Positions 11,281-22,477 are shown, counted from the first letter of the stretch. The stretch is DNA of 64,000 bases from an uncultured delta proteobacterium (GCA_963845515.1 CAWJSR010000002.1:64001-128000); one strand, 5' to 3'. The notes: generated from the letters alone by a model not told the origin. A program made the numbers and translations.

Positions 11281-13869
11281 TCACCGCGGCGGGCGCGGCG
11301 TGAACTGGCGCATCGCCTCACGCAGCGTCGTCGGGTCGACCGGCTTCTCCAGGCGCATGTTCGCGACGCGGTCCAGGAAGTCGCGCGCGGCGTCGGTGAA
11401 GGCGCCTCCTGTCACGAAGATGATCCGCTCCTGGAGCGCGGGGTCCAGGATCGCCACCTCGTCGAAGAACGCCATCCCGGAGACGTCGGGCATCATGAGG
11501 TCGCAGAGGACCGCGTCGAAGACCTCGCCGCCTGCGATCCGGTCCAGCGCGCCGCGCGCGCGGTCGGAGATCTCCACGTCGTGCTCGCGGGAGAGGATCC
11601 GCTGGAGCGAGCGGCCGACGAGCGGCTCGTCGTCTACCACCATCAGCTTGAGCCGCGGGCGGGCGCCCGGCAGTTGGAGCGCAGGCGCCGCGGGCGAGGG
11701 CGCGGCGCCTGCCGCCGGTGCAGCGGCGGCGGCCGACGGATCGGTCGCCGCCGGACGTGCGCTCACGGGCTCGGCCGCCGCCACCGGCGCCGGGGGAGCC
11801 TGTGGCTCCGCGTCCGCCGGCTGCGGCTGCGCCCCGGTGGCCGGCGGCGGGGTGACGCGGCTGGGGCCCTCCTCGGCCGGGAGCACGATCCTGATGCGAG
11901 TCCCCGCGCCTGGCGCCGAGTCGACGTCGATCCGGCCGCCCATGGCGGTCACGATCGCGTGCGTGACCGCGAGCCCGAGCCCGCTCCCCTCGCCGATGTG
12001 ACGAGTGGTGAAGAAGGGCTCGAAGATCCGCGCCCTGACCTCGGCGCTCATGCCGATCCCGCTGTCGGCGATCTCGGCCACCACCTCGCCGTCGCGCGTC
12101 CGGACCTCGACGCGGATCTCGTTCTCCTGCGAGGACCCCTCGGGGATGGCGCGCGCCGCGTTGACGAGGATGTTGGCGAAGGCCTGGGCCAGCCGCCCCT
12201 CCGAGCCGGCGACCGTGGGCACCTCCCCGATCCGCGTCACCAGCCGGGCGCGGTGCTGGATCTCGCTCTGGGCCAGCGAGAGGGCGGAGCGCATCGCGCG
12301 GGCCACGTCCACCGGCCCGCGCCCCGCCTCGGCCCTGGCGAAGACCCTCAGCTCGGCGACCACGTCGCGGACCCGCCGGGCCCCCTCACCGGCGTCGACG
12401 ATCGGCTCCAGCCACTCGTCGACGAAGCGGGTCAGCTCGGTCGCCCCTCCCCGCTCGTGGATGGACACGAGCCGTTCGCGCAGCAGCTCGAGGTTGCCGA
12501 CGACGGTCGCGAGCGGGTTGTTGATCTCGTGCGCGACGCCGGCGGCCAGCGTGCCGATGCCGGCCAGCCGAAGCGCCTCGGACGCCCGCTGCCGGTCGGT
12601 CGTGTCGCGCAGCGCGGCCACCGCCAGCTTCCGCCCGAACGCCTGCACCAGCGCGACCGAGACCTCCCACGGCGTGATCCTACCGTCCGTCCCCTCCCTC
12701 CGCTCCTCCCTCACGGTCACGCCCGCGGTCGCGAACCGGGCCCAGCGACTCCGCCACTTCTCGAGCGTCCCCCCGGTGAAATACTCCCACGCCCGCCGCC
12801 CGGCCAGCGCCTGCGCCGGGACGCCGTAGAAGCGCGACGCCGCCGCGTTGGCCCACAGGATCCGCCCGTCCTCCTCGTAGACGGCGAGCCCGTCGGCGCT
12901 CTGCTCCATCGCGCGGGCCAGCAGCTGCAGCCGCTCCTCGGCTCCGCGGCGCTCAGCGACCACGGCGGCGACGAAGGCGGTCGGGGCGGTGAGGACGAGG
13001 AGGAAGGCCTGGACGCCCAGGGCGAGCTCCAGCGGGGTGGCCGCGCCGAGCGGGATGAGCCCCTGCCCGGCCGACGCGGTGTGGACGAGCGCCAGCGCGG
13101 CGAGGCACACGGCCGCCGCCGCGCCGCGCGGACCGAAGCGGACGGCCAGCCAGATGACCGGCGGGACGAGCAGGATCTCGTTGGTGTAGGGCTGGCCGCT
13201 CGCGTGGAGGAGCGCGACCGCGCCGCCCATGGTGACGAGCGCCAGCGCCGTCTCCACCACCGCGGAGATCGGGCGCTCCTGCGGTGGCGTCGCCTCGGCC
13301 CATGAGACCAGCAGCCACCCCAGCGTCGCCACCCCGAGCAGCGCGCCGAAGGCCCAGGCGGCCGCGAGCGGCTCCAGGAGCGCCTCGTCGCGCCCGATCA
13401 CCGCGGCCCGCCAGATGAGCGCGACGGGCACCTTCACGAGCGCCGGCCCCATGAGGAGCGCGACGACACCGCGGATCGTCTGGCTGGTGACGCGCGGGGT
13501 CGCGACCCGGATCAGCCACGCCGCGCCGCAGGCCTCCAGCATTCCACCGACGTTCAGGCCGATGGCCACGCCGATCGACGTGCCGGAGGCGAGGCTCGCA
13601 GCCAGCCCCGCGATGGCGCCGGCCGCCAGCACGCGCGGCCAGGTCCGCAGCCGGGTCACGAGGAGCGCCACGAGGAACAGCCCAGTGACCGGCCTCACGG
13701 TCGGGGGCACGCCCTCCGAGACCGACAGCAGCGGCGCCAGGTAGACCAGGATCCAGGTGGACGCCGCGAAGGCCAGGAGGCCGGCCCATTGCGGGATGCG
13801 CGCGAGCCTCGCATCCACACGGAGGCCGGGCTCGTTCCAGCGGGGCGTGTCGAAGATGAGTCTCGGCAT
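11281..13869 (-). CDS. MASE1-PAS hybrid histidine kinase
   Basis: N-terminal multi-TM region (WLAVRFGPRG), PAS, AHEINNPL, GSGLGL, Pro/Ala linker, REC; start approximate. Confidence 0.85.
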   Translation of the reverse strand: MPRLIFDTPRWNEPGLRVDARLARIPQWAGLLAFAASTWILVYLAPLLSVSEGVPPTVRPVTGLFLVALLVTRLRTWPRVLAAGAIAGLAASLASGTSIGVAIGLNVGGMLEACGAAWLIRVATPRVTSQTIRGVVALLMGPALVKVPVALIWRAAVIGRDEALLEPLAAAWAFGALLGVATLGWLLVSWAEATPPQERPISAVVETALALVTMGGAVALLHASGQPYTNEILLVPPVIWLAVRFGPRGAAAAVCLAALALVHTASAGQGLIPLGAATPLELALGVQAFLLVLTAPTAFVAAVVAERRGAEERLQLLARAMEQSADGLAVYEEDGRILWANAAASRFYGVPAQALAGRRAWEYFTGGTLEKWRSRWARFATAGVTVREERREGTDGRITPWEVSVALVQAFGRKLAVAALRDTTDRQRASEALRLAGIGTLAAGVAHEINNPLATVVGNLELLRERLVSIHERGGATELTRFVDEWLEPIVDAGEGARRVRDVVAELRVFARAEAGRGPVDVARAMRSALSLAQSEIQHRARLVTRIGEVPTVAGSEGRLAQAFANILVNAARAIPEGSSQENEIRVEVRTRDGEVVAEIADSGIGMSAEVRARIFEPFFTTRHIGEGSGLGLAVTHAIVTAMGGRIDVDSAPGAGTRIRIVLPAEEGPSRVTPPPATGAQPQPADAEPQAPPAPVAAAEPVSARPAATDPSAAAAAPAAGAAPSPAAPALQLPGARPRLKLMVVDDEPLVGRSLQRILSREHDVEISDRARGALDRIAGGEVFDAVLCDLMMPDVSGMAFFDEVAILDPALQERIIFVTGGAFTDAARDFLDRVANMRLEKPVDPTTLREAMRQFTPRPPR

Positions 13870-14020
13870 CGGCTCTCGCCCACCCGTAGAATGGCGTCTC
13901 GTCGGAAGCCTACCACCTCGCCGGAGCCGGGGCCTCTCCGGTTCCCTTGACAGCGAGGGCGTGTGACCGTAGCGGTACGACCGGCCCGCCGGCGCGGGCC
14001 CTCCCGGAGGCCGCACCCCC

Positions 14021-15148
14021 ATGCCGCGCACCATGAACTTCAGCGCAGGTCCCGCCGCGCTGCCCCTCCCTGCCCTCGAGCGTGCCCGCGACGAGCTGCT
14101 CGACTTCGCCGGCAGCGGCATGTCGGTGATGGAGCAGAGCCACCGCGGGAAGGACTACGAGGCGGTCCACGACGAGGCGATCGCCCTGACGCGCGAGCTC
14201 CTCGGCGTCCCCGAGACCCACGACGTCCTCTTCCTGCAGGGCGGCGCGTCCGCCTTCTTCGCCCTGCTGCCGATGAACCTGCTCGAGAAGGGGCGCAGCG
14301 CCGACTACGTCCTCACCGGCGTCTGGGGCGAGAAGGCGTGGGCGGAGGCCCGCCACACCGCCAACCTGCTCGGCGCGCAGGTGCACGTCGCGGGCGACAC
14401 GGGGACCGGCGACGGAAAGGCCAGGACCTGGACGCGAGTCGCCGTGGCCGCCGATCTCAAGGCGGACCCCTCGGCCGCCTACCTCCACTTCACGACCAAC
14501 GAGACCATCCACGGCGTGCAGTTCGCCGCCGACCCGGCGCGCCCGTTCCCGGCCGCCGGCGACGTGCCGCTCGTCGCGGACATGTCGAGCGACTTCCTCT
14601 GGCGGAAGTTCGACGTCTCGAAGTTCGGCCTCGTCTACGCCGGCGCGCAGAAGAACATCGGCCCCTCCGGCGTGGTCATGGCGATCGTCCGGAAGGACCT
14701 CGTCGCCGCAGGCCGCAAGGACATCCCCAGGATCTTCCAGCTGCGTACCCACGCCGACAACAAGTCGCTCTACAACACGCCGCCCACCTTCGGCATCTAC
14801 ATGGTCCGCAACGTCCTGGCCTGGCTGAAGGGGATCGGCGGGCTGGACGCCGTCGAGTCCCGCAACCGGGAGAAGGCGGGCAGGCTCTACGCGGCCATCG
14901 ACGCGCAGCCTGCCGTCTACCGCTGCCCCGTGGAGCGCGAGAGCCGCTCGCTGATGAACGTCGTCTTCCGGCTGCCGTCCGAGGCCGACGAGGAGCGCTT
15001 CTGCAAGGAGGCGAAGAAGCTGGGGATGATCGGCCTCAAGGGGCACCGGTCGGTGGGCGGGATCCGGGTCTCGCTCTACAACGCCGTCGAGCCGGCCTGG
15101 GTGGCCGCGCTGGCCGACTTCATGGCCGAGTTCTCCCGGAAGGGCTGA
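14021..15148 (+). CDS. serC: Phosphoserine aminotransferase
   Basis: [45 protein letters not shown]. Confidence 0.96.
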   Translation: MPRTMNFSAGPAALPLPALERARDELLDFAGSGMSVMEQSHRGKDYEAVHDEAIALTRELLGVPETHDVLFLQGGASAFFALLPMNLLEKGRSADYVLTGVWGEKAWAEARHTANLLGAQVHVAGDTGTGDGKARTWTRVAVAADLKADPSAAYLHFTTNETIHGVQFAADPARPFPAAGDVPLVADMSSDFLWRKFDVSKFGLVYAGAQKNIGPSGVVMAIVRKDLVAAGRKDIPRIFQLRTHADNKSLYNTPPTFGIYMVRNVLAWLKGIGGLDAVESRNREKAGRLYAAIDAQPAVYRCPVERESRSLMNVVFRLPSEADEERFCKEAKKLGMIGLKGHRSVGGIRVSLYNAVEPAWVAALADFMAEFSRKG

Positions 15149-15203
15149 GGCCCGGAGCCGGAGCTTGAACCTCCCGCTCCTGGCGGGCTATATCGCGCAG
15201 CCT

Positions 15204-16250
15204 ATGGCCAGCGATCGCGAGACGGTTCAGCAGCTGGAGTCGACCGCCGAGCGCGGCGTCCGGCCGGAGCGTGCCCAGGCGGCCCTCGCGGGCGTGCCCG
15301 ATCTCTTCGAGACGCTCGGCGCGCTCGAGCAGGAGCTGACGCACGCCACCCGCGACGCCGAGGCCCGGCTCCAGGCCGCGGCCAGGCACCTCGTGTCGGC
15401 AGGCGGCAAGCGGATCCGACCGATGGTCGCGCTCCTCTCCTGCGGCGCCTGCGGCGCGGAGATGCAGCGCGCCGTCCCGTTCGCCGTCGCCGCCGAGCTG
15501 ACCCACTCCGCCACGCTCCTGCACGACGACGTGATCGACGACAGCCCGACGCGGCGGGGCCAGGACGCCTCGCGCGTCATCTGGGGGAACTCTGTCTCGG
15601 TCCTCGCCGGGGACTGGCTGCTGGCGCGCGCCATCGAGATCGTCGCGGGCTCGGACGCGCGGGACCACGCCCTGCGGCCGCTCCTCGTCACGATGCGGCG
15701 GCTCGTGGAGGGAGAGGTCCTGCAGCTCTCGCTGCGCGGCTCCTTCAGGGCGACCGAGCAGGACTACCTGAACGTCGTCATCGGCAAGACCGCGTCGCTC
15801 TTCGGCTGGGCGTCCGCCGCGGGCGCCTGGGCAGCCGGCGCCACCGGTGAGATCCCCGGCGCGCTCGTCCAGTTCGGCGAGGGGATAGGGATCGCCTTCC
15901 AGCTCGTCGACGACGCGCTCGACTACGCCGCGGACCCGGGGCTGCTCGGCAAGCGGCTGGGCAGCGATCTCATCGAGGGGAAGGCCACCCTGCCGCTCAT
16001 CCGCGCCTGCGCCGCGGAGCCGAAGCTCCGCGAGCGGCTCGCGCTCCTGGTCGACGGGAAGGCCGAGACCGAGGCGGTCGCCGCCGAGGTGATCGCGGCG
16101 GTGAAGCGGACCGGCGGCGTGGACGCGGCGCGCGGGATGGCGCGGGAGCACACCCGCGCGGCGCTCGCGGCGCTGGAGAAGGTCCCGGACGGGATCCACC
16201 GCCGCGCCCTGCGCGAGGCGGCCGGGACCCTGACCGAGCGGGCGTTCTAG
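15204..16250 (+). CDS. Polyprenyl diphosphate synthase
   Basis: GGKRIRP, LHDDVIDD..RRG, FQLVDD. Confidence 0.92.
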   Translation: MASDRETVQQLESTAERGVRPERAQAALAGVPDLFETLGALEQELTHATRDAEARLQAAARHLVSAGGKRIRPMVALLSCGACGAEMQRAVPFAVAAELTHSATLLHDDVIDDSPTRRGQDASRVIWGNSVSVLAGDWLLARAIEIVAGSDARDHALRPLLVTMRRLVEGEVLQLSLRGSFRATEQDYLNVVIGKTASLFGWASAAGAWAAGATGEIPGALVQFGEGIGIAFQLVDDALDYAADPGLLGKRLGSDLIEGKATLPLIRACAAEPKLRERLALLVDGKAETEAVAAEVIAAVKRTGGVDAARGMAREHTRAALAALEKVPDGIHRRALREAAGTLTERAF

Positions 16251-16291
16251 GGCGGCGAGCGCCGTCCCCGGGGGGCCATTACATCCCCGGC

Positions 16292-16675
16292 ATGTCCACC
16301 GCCGTCACCGAGGGGATCCGCGTGGAGGTGGCGAGCGAGTTCCTCAAGGACCGCTCGGAGCCGCACGCGCGTCGCTGGGTCTTCGCGTACACCATCACCA
16401 TCAGCAACCTCGGCGACACGCCGGCGCGACTCCTGTCGCGCCACTGGGTGATCGCCGACGCGGACGGCAACCGCGAGGACGTGGAGGGCGACGGCGTGGT
16501 CGGCCACCAGCCGAGGCTGGCGCCGGGCGAGTCCTTCCGTTACCAGAGCTTCTGCGTCCTGCCGACCACCCACGGCTCCATGCGAGGGACCTACCGGATG
16601 GTGCGCGACGACGGCGCCGCCTTCGACGCCGTCATCGCGCGCTTCCCGCTGCTGATCCCGCAGCAGGTCAACTGA
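16292..16675 (+). CDS. apaG: ApaG protein
   Basis: FAYTITISN, LLSRHWVI, GDGVVGHQP, GSMRGTY. Confidence 0.93.
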   Translation: MSTAVTEGIRVEVASEFLKDRSEPHARRWVFAYTITISNLGDTPARLLSRHWVIADADGNREDVEGDGVVGHQPRLAPGESFRYQSFCVLPTTHGSMRGTYRMVRDDGAAFDAVIARFPLLIPQQVN

Positions 16676-17653
16676 CTAGGCAGCCTGGTCGGCGTCGTCG
16701 AGCAGCCGGCGCTGCCCCTGGAGCTTCTGGATCCCGGTGACGTCCTGGACCGTCTCGAGGCAGCCGAGGTACTTCCCGGCGTAGTCGCGGACCGGCCAGT
16801 AGCGGATGTGGATCTTCCGCGGCCCCATGTCGAACCAGAACTCGGCCACCTTCCGCCGCCCCGCTTTGAAGTCGGACAGGATCTGCTCCACCATGTGGAC
16901 GCTCTTCTGCGGGTGGCAGTTGTGGACCTCGGTCCCGATGGCGCCGCGGGAGCGGGCGAAGATCTTCTCGCCACGCTCGTGGCTGAAGTAGCGGACACGG
17001 TCCTCGTGGTCGACGAAGGAGAGCTCGAGCGGCAGCGTGTTCAGCATCGCGGCGAGCACCTCTGGCGCGAGCCCCCACGAGAGATCCTTCAGCTCCACGA
17101 GCGACACGATCTCCTCCGCCAGGTTCCAGTATCGCTCGCGCGAAGAGGGGCCCAGCTCCTGCTCGATCTCCTCGATCTCGTCCACGAGCTCGGCGCCGTC
17201 CTCCGGGGAGAGGACGCGGTTCGCGAGCGGGTAGAGGATGTCGTTCTCCTTCCAGTAGTGCGGCTTGTTGAGCGCGGCGTAGGCGGCGAAGGCGGTCTTG
17301 AGCTCGCCGAGCCGGCTGCGGTCGCCGGAGACGTAGCCCGCGGCGGCCGCGTCGATCCGGTCCACGAGCTCGCGCGCCTGCGCGTGCTCGGCGAGCATCA
17401 CCGCGACCGGCCCACCGTGGCTCGGGATCCCGCGCTGCGCGAGGGCGGGGAAGAGCGCCCGCTCCTCCTTCTGGTTGTGGCAGCGGTCGACGTAGGTGAC
17501 GAGGTACTCGCGGAGGTTGGCGACGAGCCCCGGCGTGGGGTCGGCGGCGTCGGCGAACGCCTTCTCCACCGCGGCGAAGACCCGCTCGGTCATCTCGTGA
17601 TCCTTCATGAGGATCTCGGTCCAGGTGAGGCTCGAGTGCTCGTGGATGCTCAT
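16676..17653 (-). CDS. Hemerythrin + PAS domain protein
   Basis: CHNQKEERALFP, EH, HYWKENDILYP; C-terminal PAS (LNTLPLELSFVD...CHPQKS). Confidence 0.82.
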   Translation of the reverse strand: MSIHEHSSLTWTEILMKDHEMTERVFAAVEKAFADAADPTPGLVANLREYLVTYVDRCHNQKEERALFPALAQRGIPSHGGPVAVMLAEHAQARELVDRIDAAAAGYVSGDRSRLGELKTAFAAYAALNKPHYWKENDILYPLANRVLSPEDGAELVDEIEEIEQELGPSSRERYWNLAEEIVSLVELKDLSWGLAPEVLAAMLNTLPLELSFVDHEDRVRYFSHERGEKIFARSRGAIGTEVHNCHPQKSVHMVEQILSDFKAGRRKVAEFWFDMGPRKIHIRYWPVRDYAGKYLGCLETVQDVTGIQKLQGQRRLLDDADQAA

Positions 17654-17720
17654 CTGCGTGCTCCTCGGCCGCCGTTGCGGCGGCGCTTGCGTCTCGTTGG
17701 GTGGGTGGGGTTCAGCGGCG

Positions 17721-18467
17721 TCAGACGAACCTGGGCATCAGGACGTGGTTCTCGAGGTGCACGTGGCGGAGGAGGTCGGTCTCGAGATCCTCCAGCTCGC
17801 TCATCAGGAGCCGGTAGCTCCGGCAGCCCCAGTCCGGCGTCGCGTAGTCGTCCGTCTGCTCGCGCAGGTGGCCGATCAGCGTGCCGACCGCGAGGTGCTC
17901 CTCGTACATCCGGCCGAGCCCCGCCGCGACGGCGGCGCGATCGGGCGCGCGCGTCATGAGGAGGGGGAAGAGCCCTTGCTCCTCGTCGTCCAGGTGGGGC
18001 AGCAGCGCGGTGTGCAGCCGCGAGAAGGCGTCGAGCACCTCGGCGAGCTTCGGGTTGTGCTGGCCGTGGACCTGGGCGACCTTGGCGAGCAGGGGCTGGA
18101 TCGACGGCAGCGCGCGGCGCAGGTAGGCGTGGTGACGCCCGATGATCCTGGAGACGAGCCCCGCCACGGACAGCGCGGTCACGTCCTCGCCGGTCACCTC
18201 GCGGTCGAGGGAGCTGATGGCGTCCTCGACCTCCAGGAGGATCGCCTCGGCCGACTCCGGCCGGCCGCGGAGCGCCTCGTCGAGCGTCACGTCGCCGTGG
18301 CAGCAGAAGTCGATCCGGTGGGACTGGAAGACCCGCGCGCTCGCCGGGTGGCGGGCGACGATCGCCGCGACGGTGGCGGTCCGGTCGAGGATCCGCGCTG
18401 CGGGGGCGATGGAAGGGTGGGTCGGTGCTGCGCGCTGGGTCTGGGCTGCATTACTCTCGGTCGGCAT
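17721..18467 (-). CDS. ric: Iron-sulfur cluster repair di-iron protein (Ric/YtfE/ScdA)
   Basis: IDFCCHG, RHHAYLR, HLDDEEQGLFP, HVHLENHVL. Confidence 0.9.
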   Translation of the reverse strand: MPTESNAAQTQRAAPTHPSIAPAARILDRTATVAAIVARHPASARVFQSHRIDFCCHGDVTLDEALRGRPESAEAILLEVEDAISSLDREVTGEDVTALSVAGLVSRIIGRHHAYLRRALPSIQPLLAKVAQVHGQHNPKLAEVLDAFSRLHTALLPHLDDEEQGLFPLLMTRAPDRAAVAAGLGRMYEEHLAVGTLIGHLREQTDDYATPDWGCRSYRLLMSELEDLETDLLRHVHLENHVLMPRFV

Positions 18468-18490
18468 GTCGACCTCCTGGCTCCATGAAA

Positions 18491-18506
18491 TGCACGGCGG
18501 GGGCCA
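18491..18506 (-). promoter_or_regulatory. sigma54 (-24/-12) promoter of ric
   Basis: Minus strand TGGCCCCCGCCGTGCA = GG-N10-GC, just upstream of AGGAGG RBS and ATG 18467; divergent sigma54 activator adjacent. Confidence 0.65.
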
Positions 18507-18558
18507 TCCCTAAGCCACTGTGATTACGGTCGGTTGCACGGCGCTCGGCGGCTGGCTA

Positions 18559-18585
18559 TGTTCCATAGTGAAACGAGGTGGAACA
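18559..18585. promoter_or_regulatory. Inverted repeat, candidate enhancer/operator
   Basis: TGTTCCA-N13-TGGAACA overlapping the activator's RBS and start. Confidence 0.5.
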
Positions 18586-19592
18586 TGGAGGTCGGTCCCA
18601 ACGGTGAGCCCTGCCGGTGCGAGGTCTGCGGGTTGGAGACGGTGGTCGCGTCCCTGAGGAACCTCACGCAGGTCGTGGCCGTGAGCGACGCGATGAAGGC
18701 GGTCCTCCTGCGCGTGCGCGACTTCGCCGACGCGGACGCGCCGGTGGTGGTCTTCGGCGAGAGCGGGACGGGCAAGGAGATCATCGCCCGCGCGCTGCAC
18801 GCCAACGGGCCGCGGGCCGACCGTCCCTTCGTGGCGGTCAACGTCGCGGCCGTTCCGAGCGAGCTGCTGGAGAGCGAGCTCTTCGGCCACGTCCGGGGCG
18901 CCTTCACGGGCGCTGCCACGGCGAAGGAGGGGCTGCTGGAGGCGGCCACCGGCGGGACGCTCTTCCTCGACGAGATCGGCGAGATGCCGCTGCCACTCCA
19001 GGCGAAGCTGCTCCGCGCTGTGCAGGACGGCGAGGTCAGGCGCGTCGGCGACACCCGGACGTTCGGAGTTGACGTCCGCTTCGTCTGCGCGACGCACCGG
19101 GACCTCAAGGCGCTCATCGCGAGCGGCCGGTTCCGCGAGGATCTCTACTACCGGCTGAAGGTCCTCTCCCTCCGGGTGCCGCCGCTCCGCGAGCGGCGCG
19201 CCGACATCCTCCCGCTCGCCCGGGCGCTGATGGCCGCCGAGAAGCGGCCGCCGGCCGGCCTCTCACCCGCGGCGGAGCAGGCGCTCCTCGCGTACGACTG
19301 GCCCGGGAACGTGCGCGAGCTGGGGAACGCCGTGAAGCACGGCAGCGCACTGTCCAGGGGCGGCGCCATCATGCCCGAGCACCTCCCGGACGAGGTGACC
19401 GGCGCGGCCGGCGCGGGCGCACTGGGCGCGGAGCTCCTGACGCTCGCCGAGGTGGAGCGGGATCACGTGCTGCGCGTGCTGGCCAGCGTGGGCGGCTCGC
19501 AGCTCGCGGCGGCCAGGGTCCTCGGCGTCGGGCGCACGACGCTCTGGCGGAAGCTGAAGGGCTGGGGGATCGCGACCGAAGCGGAGGCGTGA
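18585..19592 (+). CDS. sigma54-dependent enhancer-binding protein (AAA+, Fis HTH) with short Cys-rich N-terminus
   Basis: GESGTGKE, ESELFGH..GAFTGA, FLDEIGE, WPGNVREL, LGVGRTTLWRK; ATG 18585 after GAGGTG. Confidence 0.9.
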   Translation: MEVGPNGEPCRCEVCGLETVVASLRNLTQVVAVSDAMKAVLLRVRDFADADAPVVVFGESGTGKEIIARALHANGPRADRPFVAVNVAAVPSELLESELFGHVRGAFTGAATAKEGLLEAATGGTLFLDEIGEMPLPLQAKLLRAVQDGEVRRVGDTRTFGVDVRFVCATHRDLKALIASGRFREDLYYRLKVLSLRVPPLRERRADILPLARALMAAEKRPPAGLSPAAEQALLAYDWPGNVRELGNAVKHGSALSRGGAIMPEHLPDEVTGAAGAGALGAELLTLAEVERDHVLRVLASVGGSQLAAARVLGVGRTTLWRKLKGWGIATEAEA

Positions 19593-19657
19593 GGCCCGCC
19601 AAATGGAGAGGGCCGACCCGCGGACGGGCCGGCCCCCTGACTGGAACCGCGCCGTGA

Positions 19658-22302
19658 CTACTGGTGCGTGCCGGTCACGGTGATGCGAAGCGTCTCGTTG
19701 AAGGACGTGATGTTCCAGTACGCCTCCGTCGGGCCGTCCTTGGTGCCTGCTGCCCCGCCCGTGAACTTGGCGGCGAAGACCTTGCCGTAGGAGAAGCTCG
19801 AGACGCGGGTGCGCATGACGCACTGCCCGGGGAAGGTGTAGCCGGCGGCGGCGGCGACCTCCGCGCAGTCGAGCGCGCAGGTCGTCGGAGTCTGCCCGTT
19901 GCACGGCTGGTAGCCGAAGGAGAGCCCCATCGGGTCCGCGTCCCACGAGAACGAGTCGAGCTTCACCTGGAAGGTGGCGCCGTCGGGCTTGGAGACGGCG
20001 TAGGTCGCGCTCTGCGGCAGGCGGTTGAGGTTCACGTCGGACGCGGTGGCGTACAGGGTCTCGGTGGTCGCCACGGCCGCGGCGTCATACGCGCCGTTGC
20101 CGTTCCGGTCCACGAAGGCTTCGCCGGCGTCCCAGGCGCCGTTGGCGTTCGTGTCGGTGAACGTCTCCGCCGGGAACGCAGGGCTCACGCCGAAGTGCGC
20201 GACCGGCGTCGGGCCCGGGTAGAGATAGGCGTCGAGCTCCTCCATCCATCGCGACAGGTAGTCATTCGTGCCGCTCCTCGCGAACGCGGCCCTGCCGACG
20301 TACAGCACCGCCGTCTTGGTCCAGATGTTGGAGTTCGCGTCCCAGACGCCGTTCGGCGCCGTCCCAGGCGCCGTCGCCGTCCGTGTCGATGAACGGCTCG
20401 TCGCTGTCGCGCGCGTCGTCGTCGTCGTAGTCGACGAAGGGCTCCGGGAGGTCGACGAACGGCTCGCCGGCGTCGTAGACGCCGTTGCCGTTCGTGTCGG
20501 TGAACGCCTCCTCGCCGGCCGTCCAGGCGACGACGGTGACGACGCCGTCACGGGGGTTGTGGGTGGTCACGCCGCAGGCGTCGGGCGCGCCGGTGGCGAA
20601 GCGCAGTCCTCGGGTGGCCAGCGGCGCGACGTCCTTCGGGAGCTTGCCGCCGAGGGTGTTGATGAAGTCGACCGCGGAGCCGAGCTGGGCCTGGCTGGTC
20701 GGGTCGGCCGCCGGGTCGTACTCCGGCGTCAGGGCAGGCGGGCCGACCGCGCCCGCCTCGGACATGAAGCTGACGACGCTCGACGTCCCCAGCGTGTTGC
20801 CGTAGCGATCCTTTAGGAGCGCCACGCAGGTGAGCTGGTCCTCGACCTTCGAGACGTGGCACGTCGTGTCGGCGAGCGCCTGCGGGATCTCGGTGCCGTC
20901 CTGCGCGGCGCAGACGATCGCGAGGTGGCCGGCGTTGGCCTTGGCCCCGACGATCGCGATGGTGGGCAGGTCGAACGAGCGGGAGACCCCGCCCGCGGTG
21001 GCCTTCGCGGAGACCCGGACCACGCCGGCGACGGTGCCGGAGTAGAGCTGCGCGTGGGCGAGGCCGTCGGCGTCGGTCTGGGTCGCCGACTGGACGCACG
21101 CGCCGCAGGGCACGCCGACGGGGCGGCGAGCGCGTCAGCCAGCGTGGAGCCGCCGAGCGGCCGGTGCTCGAAGGTGACGCGAGAGCCCGTCGGGGTAGGC
21201 AGTCGCCGGCGCCGTCCAGGACCTCGACCGTCAGCGAGTTCTGCTCCGGTAGCCGGAGTACTTCACGCCCATCACCGGGTAGAGGATCCCGTTCGGATCG
21301 AGGAGGCGGATCTGCCCGATGGCGGGCAGCGGCGACGGTGCCGGATCCCGAGACCGCGAGTCCCGCCAGCCGGGGTGTAGGTCGCCGTGATGGTCTGTAC
21401 GCCGGTCGACGCACCGCTGCCGGTGAAGGTCACGGTCGCGCGCCCCTGCGGGTCGGTGGTGACCGATCCGGTGGAGAGCGCGCCGAGCCCGGTCGCCGGC
21501 GAGAGCGTCACCGCGACCGTCGCGCCGGCCAGCGGGGCGCCCTCGTACGTCACCACGATCTCCACCGCGGTAGAAGCTCCCGCCTGGGCCGGGATGCGCG
21601 GGCGCTCCGGCGTCACGCTGATCCCGTAGAGCGTCGCGGGATCGACGCACTCGAGCGCCGAGCACCGGTAGCTCGCGAGGGAGGTGCTGCACGCCAGCGC
21701 GTTGCAGGAGGGCTCCTCGCAGTCCGTCTTCCCGTTGCAGTCGTCGTCGATCCCGTTGGTGCAGCTCGTCTCCGACGCGGCGCCGGGGCAGTTGCAGGTC
21801 GTGCCCACGCAGATGGCGGTGCCGGGGCCGCACGACAGGCCGGAGCAGCCCGCATCCGCGCAGTCGATCAGCCCGTCCGCGTTGTCGTCGATCTTGTTGG
21901 AGCAGGTCTCGACCGCGTCGAAGGTGACCGTGGTCTGGGCGACGCCACCGTCCTTGCCGACAGCCTGGATCGTCGCGGCCCCGGCGCAGCTGATGCTAGT
22001 GCGCGCGCTGCAGGACTGGAGCGTCACCGTATCCGGCACGGCCTCCACCACGACGTACTTGAGCCCGCTGGCGAAGGCGCCTCGGTTCGTCGTCAGCGTG
22101 AGCGGCGCGGCGCCGGCCGTCACGGAGATGGTCGTCGAGTCGACGCCGTCGGCCGTCACGTGCGAGTCGACGGCGACGATCGCCGGCGTGACGGTGAGGG
22201 GGCTGCCGCCCCCGGTGTCGCTGGTCGTCTCCTCCGCCGGGCAGCCCGCGGTAAGGACAAGAGCACTGCTGCTGCGGCTGCCGCCAGGCTTCGGTAGTTC
22301 AT
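19658..22302 (-). CDS. Large surface lipoprotein with invasin/Big_1-like, Cys-rich and Asp-rich repeats (several frameshifts)
   Basis: Pieces in ORFs 21272-22159, 20262-21113 and 19658-20551; LTAGC lipobox-like; DDDCNGKTDC and DTNGNGVYDAGEPFVD repeats; GGAGG before ATG 22302. Confidence 0.65.
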
Positions 22303-22439
22303 GCGTATGTCCCCTCCATTGGGCGATACATCCTCAGGGCTCCGGGTGAAGTCGTCAAGGAAGCCGCTCGAGCCCGCCCGCGTCCCACGCAGCCCTGGCG
22401 AGAGGCCGGCCCCTCACCCTTCCGGCGGAGCCGCTTCAA

Positions 22440-22468
22440 TTGAAACAGGGGCGCCGAACGAGTAGAAA
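22440..22468 (+). promoter_or_regulatory. Possible sigma70 promoter of the menaquinone cluster
   Basis: TTGAAA-17 nt-TAGAAA, 9 nt before ATG 22478. Confidence 0.4.
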
Positions 22469-22477
22469 TCGCGCCTC

